A DNA stretch of 63,187 bases, counting the filler. It is 25 parts of 25 records of this genome, joined end to end, with 100 filler letters (N's around TTAATTAATTAA, not from the genome) between each part and the next. Parts side by side here need not be neighbours in the genome. Positions count along the whole stretch, not along the records: positions 22,709 to 24,908 come from SRR16133337_54122; positions 25,009 to 27,604 come from SRR16133337_54222; positions 27,705 to 29,728 come from SRR16133337_54402; positions 29,829 to 32,388 come from SRR16133337_54436; positions 32,489 to 34,586 come from SRR16133337_54529; positions 34,687 to 36,833 come from SRR16133337_54580; 19 more parts are not named here. The stretch is one strand, 5' to 3'. This document shows, one piece after another, positions 22,745 through 34,750 of this stretch. The notes below the pieces were generated by a model. That model searched no databases and had not been told where the DNA came from. It saw only the letters and a list, made by a program, of their open reading frames with translations. How positions within the stretch are numbered: position 1 is the first letter of the stretch; every line of letters begins with the position of its first letter. The translations under genes and the position numbers were made by a program.

Positions 22745-23407
22745 TTACTCTTTTAAAGCCCTTAACATTTCTCTTTTTCCTGGTGGGCCTAATAATTTTG
22801 AGACAGAAAAACCAACAGTTGATAAAGCTCTTCGTACACTTCCTTTTGCAGAGTAGGTAACAAGTATCCCCCCTTTTTTTAAAGAAAGGTACATTTTTTT
22901 AAAGATTTCTTCAGTCCATAATTCAGGTTGTACCCTTGCTCCAAAAGCATCAAAATAAATCAGATCAAATTTTTCAACATCATCAATATCTTTAATAAAT
23001 TGCCGTCTTTTTGTCAAATAAAATTCTTTAGATACACTTTGTTTTTTATTCCAAGGAAACAAATGTATTTCTTCAAATTTATGTGCAAAATTTCGTGTCT
23101 CTAATTTAGACACATAATTTAATTGTAAAATTTCATCTTCTGAAATAGGGTAGGCTTCAACACCCACATAATCAATTTTAATATGCTGCTTTGTCGCTTC
23201 TAATAAAGTGATAAAACAATTTAGACCTGTTCCAAATCCAATTTCAAGAATTGACAAATTAGTACTCTTATGCACTTCTAATCCATTTTGAATAAATACA
23301 TGATAGGCTTCTTGTATAGCACCGTGTTTAGAGTGATATTGTTCGTTCCATTCAGGCATATGAATTGTTGTAGAACCGTCTCCAGTAATGATAATTTCTC
23401 TTTTCAA
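22745..23407 (-). CDS. mnmD: tRNA mnm5s2U34 methyltransferase (stand-alone MnmC methyltransferase domain)
   Basis: TGDGSTT, EQYHSKHGAIQEAYHVFI, ILEIGFGTGLN, YFDAFG..QPELW, TYSAKG, GPPGKREM. Confidence 0.92.
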   Translation of the reverse strand: MKREIIITGDGSTTIHMPEWNEQYHSKHGAIQEAYHVFIQNGLEVHKSTNLSILEIGFGTGLNCFITLLEATKQHIKIDYVGVEAYPISEDEILQLNYVSKLETRNFAHKFEEIHLFPWNKKQSVSKEFYLTKRRQFIKDIDDVEKFDLIYFDAFGARVQPELWTEEIFKKMYLSLKKGGILVTYSAKGSVRRALSTVGFSVSKLLGPPGKREMLRALKE

Positions 23408-23545
23408 ATTAAAATACTAAAATTAAACGATATTGGTAGCTCGTAATTCGTAAATCAATGTCAACGTTATTTAGGCATTGACACAAAACTTACTACCAAC
23501 AGATTGCAAGACAAAAAGGCAGATAAGACAAAAGTATGAAAAAGA

Positions 23546-23561
23546 AAGTGGGCGGAGTATA
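23546..23561 (-). mobile_element. MITE terminal 16-mer with a different interior
   Basis: AAGTGGGCGGAGTATA between SCO and mnmD. Confidence 0.65.
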
Positions 23562-23597
23562 ATTATTTCACGGCATCACTGTTTCACCATATCACCC

Positions 23598-24266
23598 CTA
23601 TTCCTTTTTCAATAAGTGAATATCAGAAATGATCCGTTTTATATCTTTAGGATCGGTGCCATCGTAATAGCCACGAATTCGTTTTTTTTTGTCAATCAAA
23701 ATAAATTGTTCCGTATGAATAAAATCTTGGACACCACCATCTCCTTCCTCTAAAACAGCAAAATAACTCTTACGAGCCAAGTCGTAAATTTGTCTTTTAG
23801 CACCCGTAACTAAATGCCATTTGGAATCGATGACTCCCCTTTTTTTAGCATATTCTTTTAAAACAGGAACACTGTCCATTTCAGGCGTTACAGAATGAGA
23901 CAGCAATAATACTTCTGGATCCTTTAAAAATGCTTCTTGGAGGATATGCATATGGGTGGTCATTATTGGGCATATTGTTCCGCAACGTGTAAAGAAGAAA
24001 TTGGCCACGTAGATTTTATTTTCATAGGTAGTTGCAGTAATAATCTCCGCATTTTGATCTATCAATTTGAAATCTGCTATTTTATGATTCTTTTTGATGT
24101 GTTGAAGCGTTGCATCTACCAATCGAGGATTCACATCTACTGGGTTGTAAATGGGCAATTTTTTTTCAGGGGTTAACAACTTATAAAAGATAGTGATTCC
24201 TACGATACTTAAAAGTGTCATAACCCATAATGTGGGGATCGATTTTTTAAAATAGTTTAACTCCAT
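23598..24266 (-). CDS. SCO1/SenC family copper chaperone
   Basis: N-terminal TM segment, FFFTRCGTICP (CxxxC), SHSVTPEMD, WHLVTG, FIHTEQFILID..RIRGYYDG. Confidence 0.93.
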   Translation of the reverse strand: MELNYFKKSIPTLWVMTLLSIVGITIFYKLLTPEKKLPIYNPVDVNPRLVDATLQHIKKNHKIADFKLIDQNAEIITATTYENKIYVANFFFTRCGTICPIMTTHMHILQEAFLKDPEVLLLSHSVTPEMDSVPVLKEYAKKRGVIDSKWHLVTGAKRQIYDLARKSYFAVLEEGDGGVQDFIHTEQFILIDKKKRIRGYYDGTDPKDIKRIISDIHLLKKE

Positions 24267-24464
24267 AATTGAGTTCAAAATTTCTGTTTTTAATTTAGGC
24301 TGACTTTACGCAAAAATAAAGTTTAAATTTGTATAAAAAAACGATGGCTGTTAATAACTTTATTTATTTTTTTGATTTAGTTTAGTGTTTTTTTTAGTAC
24401 TTTTAACGCAATGACTAGATAATCTTTTTCCCCAAAAAAATTGCAGACATTTCTCATAAATAAA

Positions 24465-24908
24465 ATGGGTTTATATAGAAGTAGGAAGTACTATCCGAGA
24501 AACTATTTTTACAATAGATTAATTTTAAAAACGTATAATATTAGAAAATACGTTAATGCACATAAAGAAAAAAAGCCTCTATATTCTGATGCCTTAATAT
24601 CTTTTAGTAATGAAATAGATTTTGGAGATTCCCCTTTTTCTTTATGGATGAAATTAGGAAAATCCACTTTCAAATATGAAAGAAAAGGTAGTTATCTCCA
24701 TAAAATTTTGTTATATAAAGTATACCTTGGAAATTATAAAGCTAAAATAGAGTATCATTTCTTTAACAAACAATTATTTTTTATTACATATTCTTTTCCT
24801 GAATTAAAAAACTTTGAAAAAGTTAAAAATATGATTAAAGAAAAATATAAAATTGATACGTCAGTTGATTTGAAAAACACCTTAAATCCGCAAGCTATTT
24901 ATTTGAAT
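24465..24908 (+). CDS. Hypothetical protein, truncated by the contig end
   Basis: Open Lys/Tyr-rich frame of about 148 codons, very AT-rich, no motif recognised. Confidence 0.55.
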
Positions 24909-25008
24909 NNNNNNNNNNNNNNNNNNNNNNNNNNNNNNNNNNNNNNNNNNNNTTAATTAATTAANNNNNNNNNNNNNNNNNNNNNNNNNNNNNNNNNNNN
25001 NNNNNNNN

Positions 25009-25172
25009 TCTTCTAAAGGGATTTGACTCACTTTGTTCAAGTATTCTTTTTTTGAACAGAATACCCACCAAAATAATACAGTAAAAAAGAGAAAGAATAT
25101 TAACAGTGAAATGATAGGATAGATTTCTATCCCTTCAATTTCTGTCAGGTGATGTTTTATAAATTTCAACAT
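25009..25172 (-). CDS. ccoQ: cbb3-type cytochrome c oxidase subunit CcoQ (3' end cut)
   Basis: Small single-TM protein (IYPIISLLIFFLFF..SQIPLE) directly after ccoNO. Confidence 0.88.
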
Positions 25173-25182
25173 AATCTATTTT

Positions 25183-27366
25183 TTATTTTTGTGAATCATG
25201 AACTTTGATATCAGTACCTAATCTTTGTAAATAAGCAATCATTGCAACGATTTCACGTTTGTGAATCGGTATAAATTCTTTTCCATTAATTTCTGTAGCT
25301 TTTTTTTCTGCTTCATAATTTTCTACAAATACAGGGTCTTGATGTAAGTTTTTCTCAATTTGTAAAGCTTGTGTTTCTAAGTCTTGAAGAGCTTGACGAA
25401 CTTCAACTTCTTGATAAGGAACTCCTAAAGTAACCATGGCTTTCATTTTACTTTCTGTATCTGAAGTATCCAGTATGTTATCTGTCAGCCATGGGTAGCT
25501 TGGCATGATAGACTCTGGAGAGGTACTTTGAGGATCGTACATATGATTGAAATGCCAACTATCAGAATATTTTTGACCTTCTCTATGCAAATCTGGACCT
25601 GTACGTTTTGATCCCCATAAGAAAGGATGATCATATACAAATTCACCTGCTTTGGAGTACTCTCCATAACGTTCCACTTCTGATCTAAACGGACGAATCA
25701 TTTGAGAGTGACATCCTACACAACCTTCACGTATATACAAATCTCTACCTTCCAATTCTAAAGGGGTATAAGGTTTAACGCTTGTAATAGTAGGAATGTT
25801 AGAATCAATTAATAAAGTAGGAATAATTTGAACAGCCCCTCCAATAAGAATTGTAATAGTAGCCAAGAGGGTTAATTGTACGGGTCTTCTTTCTAATTGT
25901 TGATGCCATCCTTCTCCGAGCAATCTTCCTTTTTTTAATTTTTTTAAAGCGGGAGCTTCTGCTAGATCATCTTCAACAGCACTTCCAGATTTTATAGTTT
26001 TGATAACGTTGTATAGCATTACAAAAGCTCCTGCAATATACATAGAACCTCCAATGGCACGCATCCAATACATAGGGATGATTTGAGTAACTGTTTCTAA
26101 AAAGTTACCATACATTAATGTTCCGTCTGGGTTGAACTGTTTCCACATAGAAGCTTGTACAAATCCAGCCATATACATGGGTAATGTATATAAAAGAATT
26201 CCTAAGACGCCTACCCAGAAATGTAGGTTTGCTAATTTGTGAGAGAATAAGGGGGTTTTAAACATTCTTGGCACTAGCCAATAGATCATACCAAAGGTTA
26301 AAAATCCATTCCAAGCTAGGGCTCCAACGTGAACGTGAGCAATAATCCAGTCTGTAAAATGTGCAATAGCGTTCACATTTTTTAAAGACAACATGGGACC
26401 TTCAAAAGTAGCCATACCATACCCCGTAATTGCCACTACCATAAATTTTAAAACAGGATCTGTACGCACTTTATCCCAAGCACCGCGAAGAGTTAACAAC
26501 CCGTTAATCATACCTCCCCAAGATGGAGCGATTAACATGATCGAAAAGGCAACCCCTAAATTTTGAGCCCAGTTTGGTAAAGCAGTGTATAATAAATGAT
26601 GAGGTCCTGCCCAGATATAAATAAAAATCAAAGACCAAAAATGCACAATTGATAAGCGATAAGAATATATAGGTCTGTTTGCGGCTTTTGGTACAAAGTA
26701 ATACATCAAGCCAAGGAAAGGGGTTGTTAAGAAAAATGCAACGGCGTTATGGCCGTACCACCACTGTACTAAGGCATCTTGTACACCTGCGTATACAGAG
26801 TAACTTTTTAGGAAAGAAACAGGCAATTCAAAACTGTTAAAAATATGCAATACCGCAACGGTTACAAAAGTTCCTAAATAAAACCAGATGGCCACATACA
26901 TATGACGTTCTCTACGTTTGAGAATTGTTCCAATTAAATTGACTCCAAAAGCGACCCAAACCAAAGCAATGGCAATATCAATTGGCCATTCCAACTCTGC
27001 ATATTCTTTACTTGTGGTATATCCTAATGGAAGTGTTATGGCAGCGGCAACAATGATGATTTGCCAAGCCCAAAAATTAAATTTACTCAAAAAATCACTC
27101 CACATTCTTGCTTTTAATAAGCGTTGAGAAGAATAATAAACCCCCGCATAAATTGCATTTCCCACAAAGGCAAAAATTACAGCATTGGTGTGTAGCGGAC
27201 GTAAACGCCCAAAACTTAGCCATGAAATTCCATGAGTCATGTTCGGAAATAAGAACATAAATGCTAGAAGCAACCCGATTGTCATTCCAATAAGTCCCCA
27301 GAAAATAGTGGCATAGATAAAGTTTTTTACAATCTTGTTGTCATAGTAAAATTGTTGTATTTCCAT
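25183..27366 (-). CDS. ccoN: cbb3-type cytochrome c oxidase fused subunits I/II (CcoN-CcoO)
   Basis: [38 protein letters not shown], then [13 protein letters not shown] (heme c CxxCH) and [10 protein letters not shown]. Start at [11 protein letters not shown]. Confidence 0.97.
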   Translation of the reverse strand: MEIQQFYYDNKIVKNFIYATIFWGLIGMTIGLLLAFMFLFPNMTHGISWLSFGRLRPLHTNAVIFAFVGNAIYAGVYYSSQRLLKARMWSDFLSKFNFWAWQIIIVAAAITLPLGYTTSKEYAELEWPIDIAIALVWVAFGVNLIGTILKRRERHMYVAIWFYLGTFVTVAVLHIFNSFELPVSFLKSYSVYAGVQDALVQWWYGHNAVAFFLTTPFLGLMYYFVPKAANRPIYSYRLSIVHFWSLIFIYIWAGPHHLLYTALPNWAQNLGVAFSIMLIAPSWGGMINGLLTLRGAWDKVRTDPVLKFMVVAITGYGMATFEGPMLSLKNVNAIAHFTDWIIAHVHVGALAWNGFLTFGMIYWLVPRMFKTPLFSHKLANLHFWVGVLGILLYTLPMYMAGFVQASMWKQFNPDGTLMYGNFLETVTQIIPMYWMRAIGGSMYIAGAFVMLYNVIKTIKSGSAVEDDLAEAPALKKLKKGRLLGEGWHQQLERRPVQLTLLATITILIGGAVQIIPTLLIDSNIPTITSVKPYTPLELEGRDLYIREGCVGCHSQMIRPFRSEVERYGEYSKAGEFVYDHPFLWGSKRTGPDLHREGQKYSDSWHFNHMYDPQSTSPESIMPSYPWLTDNILDTSDTESKMKAMVTLGVPYQEVEVRQALQDLETQALQIEKNLHQDPVFVENYEAEKKATEINGKEFIPIHKREIVAMIAYLQRLGTDIKVHDSQK

Positions 27367-27370
27367 TAAA

Positions 27371-27559
27371 TTAGGATTTGTTTGTTGATTTTGTGTTTTG
27401 TAAGGTAGATTTTTTGATGGGAGTATCTTCAAAAAGTATGCGAACAGAGGGCGTATACAAATCTTCGTATTGACCCCTTTTAACAGCTATCATAAAAGCA
27501 AAAAAGAAAACTAATGCTACTACAAGGCTAATTGTAATTAACAGATAAATGATACCCAT
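27371..27559 (-). CDS. ccoS: cbb3 oxidase assembly protein CcoS
   Basis: TM helix followed by [17 protein letters not shown], immediately upstream of ccoN. Confidence 0.92.
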   Translation of the reverse strand: MGIIYLLITISLVVALVFFFAFMIAVKRGQYEDLYTPSVRILFEDTPIKKSTLQNTKSTNKS

Positions 27560-27577
27560 ACCTTTAAATCTTATTTA

Positions 27578-27604
27578 TATACTCCGCCCACTTAGAAACC
27601 CGAA
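27578..27604 (+). mobile_element. MITE terminal repeat at the contig end, 18 nt upstream of ccoS
   Basis: TATACTCCGCCCACTTAGAAACCCGAA. Confidence 0.8.
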
Positions 27605-27810
27605 NNNNNNNNNNNNNNNNNNNNNNNNNNNNNNNNNNNNNNNNNNNNTTAATTAATTAANNNNNNNNNNNNNNNNNNNNNNNNNNNNNNNNNNNNNNNN
27701 NNNNCTTGTTACTTTCTCAATCTTGAAGTGGAAAAAATACTAAAAATTAGAAGAGCAAAACATATGACAAAATGATACTTGTTTTCAAACGGAGAATACA
27801 AGTTCCCATA

Positions 27811-28230
27811 TTATACCTGCAACTGCGGTATAGTATATCCTTTGTAGGCACTAATAGATGGCTGTGGATTTTTATTTGGAAGATGATCTGGTGCCTCTGA
27901 CTTTGAACGTTTCGGTGATTTTTCTTCATCTGCCATGATGAGATCACTTGTGCCCTGAGGATCGAGTTGAGTCAATACGAACTTCAAACCATCACTTTTG
28001 AATGATGAAGGTGTTAAACGAATAATTTCGATGTTCTTATCTTTGACGTCAAAAAATTCGTCGAGCAAATTGCGTAGTTTTTTTGTGACGAAGTGATAGA
28101 GATCCAACGAATTAAAACATGTTGGATGCGTTGAGTCTACATTTCTATGTTCGTTGATTACTTTGCTCACAGATGCATTGTTATCGTGTATACATTCTAA
28201 AAACATAAGTGCAACTCTTGTTACAGTCAT
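27811..28230 (-). CDS. Probable eukaryotic coding segment, unknown protein
   Basis: 139 open codons ending at a CAG|GTAT donor-like site. No recognisable domain. Confidence 0.4.
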   Translation of the reverse strand: MTVTRVALMFLECIHDNNASVSKVINEHRNVDSTHPTCFNSLDLYHFVTKKLRNLLDEFFDVKDKNIEIIRLTPSSFKSDGLKFVLTQLDPQGTSDLIMADEEKSPKRSKSEAPDHLPNKNPQPSISAYKGYTIPQLQV

Positions 28231-29828
28231 AAATATGCTAACGAAACTTCATGGAGCATGAACTTAAAATATAGTATGTTTCATGGAACTCTTTCATCCA
28301 AAAGCAAACGAAACCGTTTGGGAAAAACATATATCAATTTTAATATATTTTTGTATGACATGGATTAAGTTTTCAAGGGCGATAAATCTCTCACATGTAT
28401 CATACGACTGTGCTTGAACTGTTCCTTGGTTTGCACAAAATTATGGATGATATTGTTCAAAATGTTCTTCAAGTTAATTCCTAAAATCTACACTTGTAAA
28501 TATTTTACCTTGATTGGATTTAAAATGTGTAGGAAATTAAAAATGCACTTACAAAATTTTATCCCCAATATGTTTTGTTCGATTTACAAATATTTCTCTC
28601 ACCTGCAAGAGTTATAGACAAGAAGTGCGCAAGAACATCAAATGCTGCTTTTGTCATCCGTGACTCCATTGATTGTGTGGGAACTCCCTCTTGGCTCTCT
28701 TCAATTTCTACATGAAAAATTTCGCCTACACAAATATCACATACGAATATCAGTTAAACCAAAGAAACATCCATTGAGAAAGCATTGTGCAATTTTGTAT
28801 CAAAATCATTGCCGGGGAAAAAACATCCTCATGCTATGCTCTATCTCCACAGATATGTCAAAAGCAAACATTATCACGCATATTGAATGTTCCATTGTGA
28901 ATTGAAAGTGTTATTGAACGAACAATGTATCCCTGAACACATTATCTACACACAAAAGCAATGAAAATGAAGCGAGTGATTGCAAATCACATGTGTTCAT
29001 TTGTTTCCACTAAAGGCGTGCAACAACGAAGTTACTTGTCAAAGTGTTTATATTTGTGTGGTTTAACATGTATTGTGTTGGCACTAGCTTCGGAGAACAA
29101 TTTTGCGCTTCAAAAATGCTTTTGATACAGAAATAGTCGTATCAGTTCAGAACATCAAAAAATTATATGTGACTAATTGTCGTCTTCATGCAATGTTGTC
29201 GATCGCAACCAAAGTTTAGTTTTTCTTAAATGTTTAAAAACAAGTTTTATTTATACAAAAATGTACGTGTTTTTGAAATGTGTGTATGTTCATTTGAATG
29301 TGTTGAGGCGAAATACACTTTATTCACATATATTTTATGCTTCTGCACATATGTGAGTTTGAAATTGTCCACACAACAAAACATACAAAGAGTACCTGAA
29401 AAATGTTCCATGAAAGTGACAATACACCACTTCGCATCGCGACCGGACTGACTGTCGTACGTTGCATCTGTTTCACACGTTATTTCTTCCTCTGCAGTAC
29501 GCACAAATGACAAGAATACGTTTTAATGCAAGGTTTACATAATTTTTAAGCACAAAAATATTTTAGAAATAGTTTGGATTGTAATGAACAAAATGTCAAA
29601 GAATAATTTTTTGGCACTCAAAAAACATTGAATTTTCAAATTTAATATTTAAAAACGACAGCATTTTTTATGAAATGAACAATTTCGTTGGGGGTGGATG
29701 CTTTTACATTGAGTTTTTCCTGTGTGATNNNNNNNNNNNNNNNNNNNNNNNNNNNNNNNNNNNNNNNNNNNNTTAATTAATTAANNNNNNNNNNNNNNNN
29801 NNNNNNNNNNNNNNNNNNNNNNNNNNNN

Positions 29829-29854
29829 TCGGGTTTCTAAGGGGGCGGAGTATA
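29829..29854 (-). mobile_element. MITE terminal repeat at the contig start, 1 nt from the glyQS stop
   Basis: TCGGGTTTCTAAGGGGGCGGAGTATA. Confidence 0.8.
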
Positions 29855-29855
29855 A

Positions 29856-31403
29856 CTAGTATTTTGCATTTTTTAACCAAGTAGCCATACATACCTCTTG
29901 ATTTATCATTTCTTTTAATTCTGAGATGGGAACACGTTTTTGAGCCATGGTATCTCTATGACGAATTGTAACGGCATTATCGACCAATGTATCATGATCT
30001 ACAGTAATACAAAAAGGGGTCCCTACGGCATCTTGTCGTCTATAACGTTTTCCAACGGCATCTTTTTCATCATAAATCACCTTGAAATCAAATTTCAAAT
30101 CGTCTACAATTTTACGAGCAATTTTTGGCAAACCCTCTTTTTTAACCAATGGAAAAACAGCTACTTTTGTGGGTGCTAATACTGTTGGTAATTTTAAAAC
30201 TGTTCTTGAAGTTCCATTTTCTAAAGCTTCTTCTACTAAAGAATTTGAAAAAATCGCTAAAAAGAGTCTGTCCAATCCTATAGAAGTTTCTACGACATAG
30301 GGTACATAGCTCTCTCCTAGTTCTGGGTCGAAATACTGTAATTTTTTTCCTGAATACGTTTCATGTGCTTTTAAATCAAAATCTGTTCTTGAGTGAATTC
30401 CTTCTAATTCTTTAAACCCAAATGGAAATTTGAATTCAATATCGGTAGCAGCATCTGCATAATGTGCTAATTTATCGTGATCGTGAAAACGGTAATTGTC
30501 TGGCTCCATTCCTAATGACAAATGCCATTTCAAACGTATTTCTTTCCATCGCTCATACCATTCTTTCTGCGTTCCAGGACGTATAAAAAATTGCATTTCC
30601 ATTTGTTCAAATTCACGCATTCTAAAAATAAACTGACGTGCTACAATTTCATTACGAAAGGCTTTTCCGGTTTGTGCAATTCCAAAAGGAATCTTCATTC
30701 TTCCTGTTTTTTGCACGTTTAAAAAGTTTACAAAAATACCTTGAGCTGTTTCTGGACGTAAATATAAATCCATGGCAGCCTCTGTAGAAGCTCCTAGCTT
30801 TGTTCCAAACATCAAATTGAATTGCTTTACTTCTGTCCAGTTTTTTGAACCTGACAGGGGACATCTAATTTCTAATTCTTCAATCAATGTTTTGACCTCT
30901 GTTAGGTTTTCTGCTTCTAAAGATTGTCCCATTCTTTTCAAAATGGCAATTCCTTTTTCTTTGTATCCTAAAACTCTAGGATTGGTTGTAAGAAACTGTT
31001 CTTTATCAAAAGTTTCTCCATATTTTTTTTGAGCTTTGGCAACTTCTTTATCTATTTTAGCCTCCAATTTACCAACATAGTCTTCAATTAAAACATCGGC
31101 TCTATATCGTTTTTTAGAATCTTTATTATCGATTAATGGGTCGTTAAAAGCATCTACGTGTCCCGATGCTTTCCAAGTAGTAGGATGCATAAGTATTGCG
31201 GCATCTAAACCAACAATATTATCATTCATCTGCACCATAGATTTCCACCAATATTCTCTGATATTTTTCTTTAATTCAACACCATTTTGAGCATAATCGT
31301 ATACGGCACTCAAACCGTCATATATTTCACTTGATTGAAATACATAACCGTATTCCTTTGCGTGTGAAACTACTTTTTTAAAATGATCTTCTTGTTTTGC
31401 CAT
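29856..31403 (-). CDS. glyQS: Glycine--tRNA ligase (alpha2 type)
   Basis: SSEIYDG, WKASGHVDAF, YLRPETAQGIFVNF, GKAFRNEI, FRMREFEQME, ELEGIHSRTDFDL, GKRYRRQDAVGTPFCITVD. Confidence 0.97.
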   Translation of the reverse strand: MAKQEDHFKKVVSHAKEYGYVFQSSEIYDGLSAVYDYAQNGVELKKNIREYWWKSMVQMNDNIVGLDAAILMHPTTWKASGHVDAFNDPLIDNKDSKKRYRADVLIEDYVGKLEAKIDKEVAKAQKKYGETFDKEQFLTTNPRVLGYKEKGIAILKRMGQSLEAENLTEVKTLIEELEIRCPLSGSKNWTEVKQFNLMFGTKLGASTEAAMDLYLRPETAQGIFVNFLNVQKTGRMKIPFGIAQTGKAFRNEIVARQFIFRMREFEQMEMQFFIRPGTQKEWYERWKEIRLKWHLSLGMEPDNYRFHDHDKLAHYADAATDIEFKFPFGFKELEGIHSRTDFDLKAHETYSGKKLQYFDPELGESYVPYVVETSIGLDRLFLAIFSNSLVEEALENGTSRTVLKLPTVLAPTKVAVFPLVKKEGLPKIARKIVDDLKFDFKVIYDEKDAVGKRYRRQDAVGTPFCITVDHDTLVDNAVTIRHRDTMAQKRVPISELKEMINQEVCMATWLKNAKY

Positions 31404-31461
31404 GGTGCAAAAGTAAGTATTTTCTTTATTTCTAAGGGAACGGGATGTCTTTAAAACTTCT

Positions 31462-32337
31462 CTATGACTTTCTGTTGTAAGCCAACAAGGTATTTTTTAA
31501 CAACATGGCTATGGTCATAGGCCCCACCCCACCAGGAACTGGAGTGATAAAGTTTGCTTTTTTACTTACGCTTTCAAAATGAACATCACCTGCCAAACGG
31601 AACCCCTTTTTTTTACTCGTATCCGCAACACGTGTAATTCCAACATCAATAATTGTCACCCCTTCTTTTACCATATTACCTGTTAAGAATTCAGCAATTC
31701 CCAAAGCGGCTACAATAATATCCGCCTTTTGTGTGATTTCTTTTAGATTTTGGGTGTTGCTATGTGTCAACGTTACCGTAGCATTACCCACAACACGCTT
31801 TTGACTTAATAAAATACTCATCGGCCGTCCTACAATAGGACTACGCCCGATTACCACAATATTTTTACCAGAAGTTTTTACTTTATAACGTTCTAACAAT
31901 TCCATAATTCCATAGGGAGTTGCTGGTAAGAAAGTGGGCAATTCTAAAACCATTTTACCAACATTGGTAGGGTGGAAGCCATCTACGTCTTTATCGGGGT
32001 GGATAGCCAATAGTATCTTTTGTTTGTCAATATGTTTAGGTAATGGCAATTGAACGATAAATCCATCAATAGTAGGATTGTTATTTAAGTTTTCTATTTG
32101 TTGTAAAACTTCTTCTTCGGAAGTGGTCTCAGGCAAATCAATTAGAGTTGAATCGAAACCTACCAATTGACAAGCTTTTACCTTTGCATTTACATAAGTC
32201 ATACTAGCCCCATCAGTACCTATCAAAATTGCCGCTAAATGAGGAATTCTTTTTTGGACATTTTTTATTTCAATTACAGCAATTGCTATTTCTTGTTTGA
32301 TTTCTGAAGCTATTTTTTTTCCGTCTAAAATTGTCAT
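31462..32337 (-). CDS. folD: Bifunctional methylenetetrahydrofolate dehydrogenase/cyclohydrolase
   Basis: ILDGK, GFIVQLPLP, KDVDGFHP, PATPYGI, GRSPIVGRP, IDVGI, ITPVPGGVGPMT. Alternative ATG at 32355. Confidence 0.97.
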   Translation of the reverse strand: MTILDGKKIASEIKQEIAIAVIEIKNVQKRIPHLAAILIGTDGASMTYVNAKVKACQLVGFDSTLIDLPETTSEEEVLQQIENLNNNPTIDGFIVQLPLPKHIDKQKILLAIHPDKDVDGFHPTNVGKMVLELPTFLPATPYGIMELLERYKVKTSGKNIVVIGRSPIVGRPMSILLSQKRVVGNATVTLTHSNTQNLKEITQKADIIVAALGIAEFLTGNMVKEGVTIIDVGITRVADTSKKKGFRLAGDVHFESVSKKANFITPVPGGVGPMTIAMLLKNTLLAYNRKS

Positions 32338-34158
32338 CGATTCTTTTTTTGTCATGCAGTGAAACGGTGATACCGTGATGCGGTGAAANNNNNNNNNNNN
32401 NNNNNNNNNNNNNNNNNNNNNNNNNNNNNNNNTTAATTAATTAANNNNNNNNNNNNNNNNNNNNNNNNNNNNNNNNNNNNNNNNNNNNAGTTTCAGGTTT
32501 AAAATGTGATGTATATTTTTCAATTATTTTTTCATCCAATTTGAATTTCACTTTAATTTCACGTGTACATATTTTGAGAAGTAATGGTAAACATTGATTT
32601 ATATTTGACATTTTTTACAAATTTTGTGAAATTCCAATGTTTTTATCACATTTTCAAGGTGAATGTTTTTCACAGAGTTTTTGCGAGTTAATCATACCTC
32701 CTTTCACTGGTTCCTACCGATCAATTTTTGAAAATAAAGACCCATGAAGATCACATGTATGTGTGTGCGTGTGTGGCGTATGTGGTATGTGATGGGTATA
32801 CCGGGAATTACTCATCGATATGCTTTGTTGTAAACATATTTTTGAAAAAGTAGACATCTTCCCTGACATCCTCAATCCAACGTAAAATGTTTTCTTGTTT
32901 TTTTGATTTTAGGACAAAAAAGAACAGACAGATCTGAAAGGACCTTCTGTTGAAGATGGAATAGAGAATTTACATTTGCCCGAAGGAGATAATGATTTTG
33001 TTGACCCTTCTGATGTTGCAGATTTTTATGATGATAAAGAAGATTCTTCTGGTAATGCGATGTATTTATAAGTTTGAGGGGAGAAATGTTTCCAAATAAT
33101 TTTGAAATCGAATTGTACAACAACTAGGCACACATTATTCCAAGCACAATTTGTACAGCACTTCTCACATGTAGCTTATTTCGAGATTTTACAATTTTTT
33201 GGAGTTTTGGTAGATTTTTATTTTGCATGTAGAGAAAAAAATTGTTGATGATTTTGATGAAATTGTTTTCTAAGTTGGGATATGGTGTTTGTTTGGTAGA
33301 ATTTGAATTCAAACATTTTTGTTTTGATCAAGTGCATTGAAGCCCCCTAAAGATGTAGAAATGTGGGTTTCTACAATCCATTACAGTGGGAAACTTCATT
33401 TGCTTATATCATTTATTTTAACGTGTTTGATTCACTCAAAAATTGTTTTATTATTTTGAAATGGAATTATAGTGTCGATGTAACGCTGTATATTTGGGGT
33501 CCACGCTGTATTTTGGGTTATATGTTTGTTGCAATTGAATTTGTAAACGCAGAACAGAATGTTTTGGAGTCGCACGAAACACGTTTTAGCACTACACGGG
33601 AAATCTATTTTTTTCACAGATTTAATTTGTCCTCGCATTTGTGGAGTTGATTGAAGTCCATGGCTAGAGCATTCTGGAGTAAATAACAACATTTGTATTG
33701 TAGTTGCTCTAATGTTGTTTCTGAATTCAGAGTGACCTTAATGAGAAAAAGGTTTTCAAAACCGTTGAAATTATACGTTTAAAATAAAATCGATACCCAG
33801 TATGTTTATGGAAGGACAGTACAAAATTGCAGGATAGCGCATATTATACGACCGAAATTGTAATACTATTTTGACCTGCATTAAACGAAATTGTCGTAAA
33901 GATTTAACATTTTAAAACAAGGTACCGATGTTTGAATCAGACGGTAAAACAAACATTTTTGATTAAGTGAAGTGAAGCCCTTAAAATGTGAAATTTGAAC
34001 TTCCACAACCAATTTCAACGGAAAAATTTATTAACAACAGAAATGGAACTAATAATTTTACTTTTACCTGTATTGAAGGAAATTAGCACAATCCTTTAAC
34101 AATGTAATACAAGACACTGATATTTTGTCTGTCAATGGAAATTGACATATTTTCTTAG

Positions 34159-34416
34159 ACTTTGATCCACGCAAGGAAGCTGAAATAATAATGGAAAATC
34201 AATTAAAGAAAGAATTTGAAAATCCAAACTTTTCACTTGATGGCGATGGAACGAAAAGGCAATTTGAAACACTCGAAATATTCTGGGATTCGATGCATGA
34301 AATGCTTGATTCGTTACAGGATGTTTCTTTGGGGTACGGATCACATTTATTTGTATCATTTGTCGCTATGTTAAATGTGCGGGAGAAAGAAAATCCGATA
34401 CTACAGCTTGGAGCAG
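34159..34416 (+). CDS. Probable eukaryotic exon, unknown protein
   Basis: TTTCTTAG acceptor, open frame FDPRKEAEII..NPILQLGA, canonical CAG|GTGAGT donor. An acidic exon-like segment at about 32913-33051 may belong to the same gene. Confidence 0.5.
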
Positions 34417-34563
34417 GTGAGTGATGAGCAGCATCCAATTTCTTGTTTTTCCTAAAAATATATGAGTAATATTGGAAATGTTTATTAGGGTACCGCGATC
34501 TGGTATCCGACTGACAAATCACAAATTCATTTGATAATGTAGCCCTTTAGCCGAAACCATGTT

Positions 34564-34586
34564 AGATCGGAAGAGCACACGTCTGA
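34564..34586 (+). other. Illumina TruSeq adapter remnant
   Basis: AGATCGGAAGAGCACACGTCTGA at the contig end. Confidence 0.97.
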
Positions 34587-34750
34587 NNNNNNNNNNNNNN
34601 NNNNNNNNNNNNNNNNNNNNNNNNNNNNNNTTAATTAATTAANNNNNNNNNNNNNNNNNNNNNNNNNNNNNNNNNNNNNNNNNNNNAACGACATCACTGC
34701 CGGGTCTGTAAAAAATGTTTCTTATTGTCTTTGTGCCAATAGATACATAC

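Noticed and set aside
25183-27366. CcoN-CcoO fusion as a novelty
   Set aside because: The fused form is the usual arrangement in Bacteroidota.
34159-34416. Kleisin (condensin/cohesin) C-terminal domain
   Set aside because: Resemblance is limited to a hydrophobic helix pattern, too weak to name.
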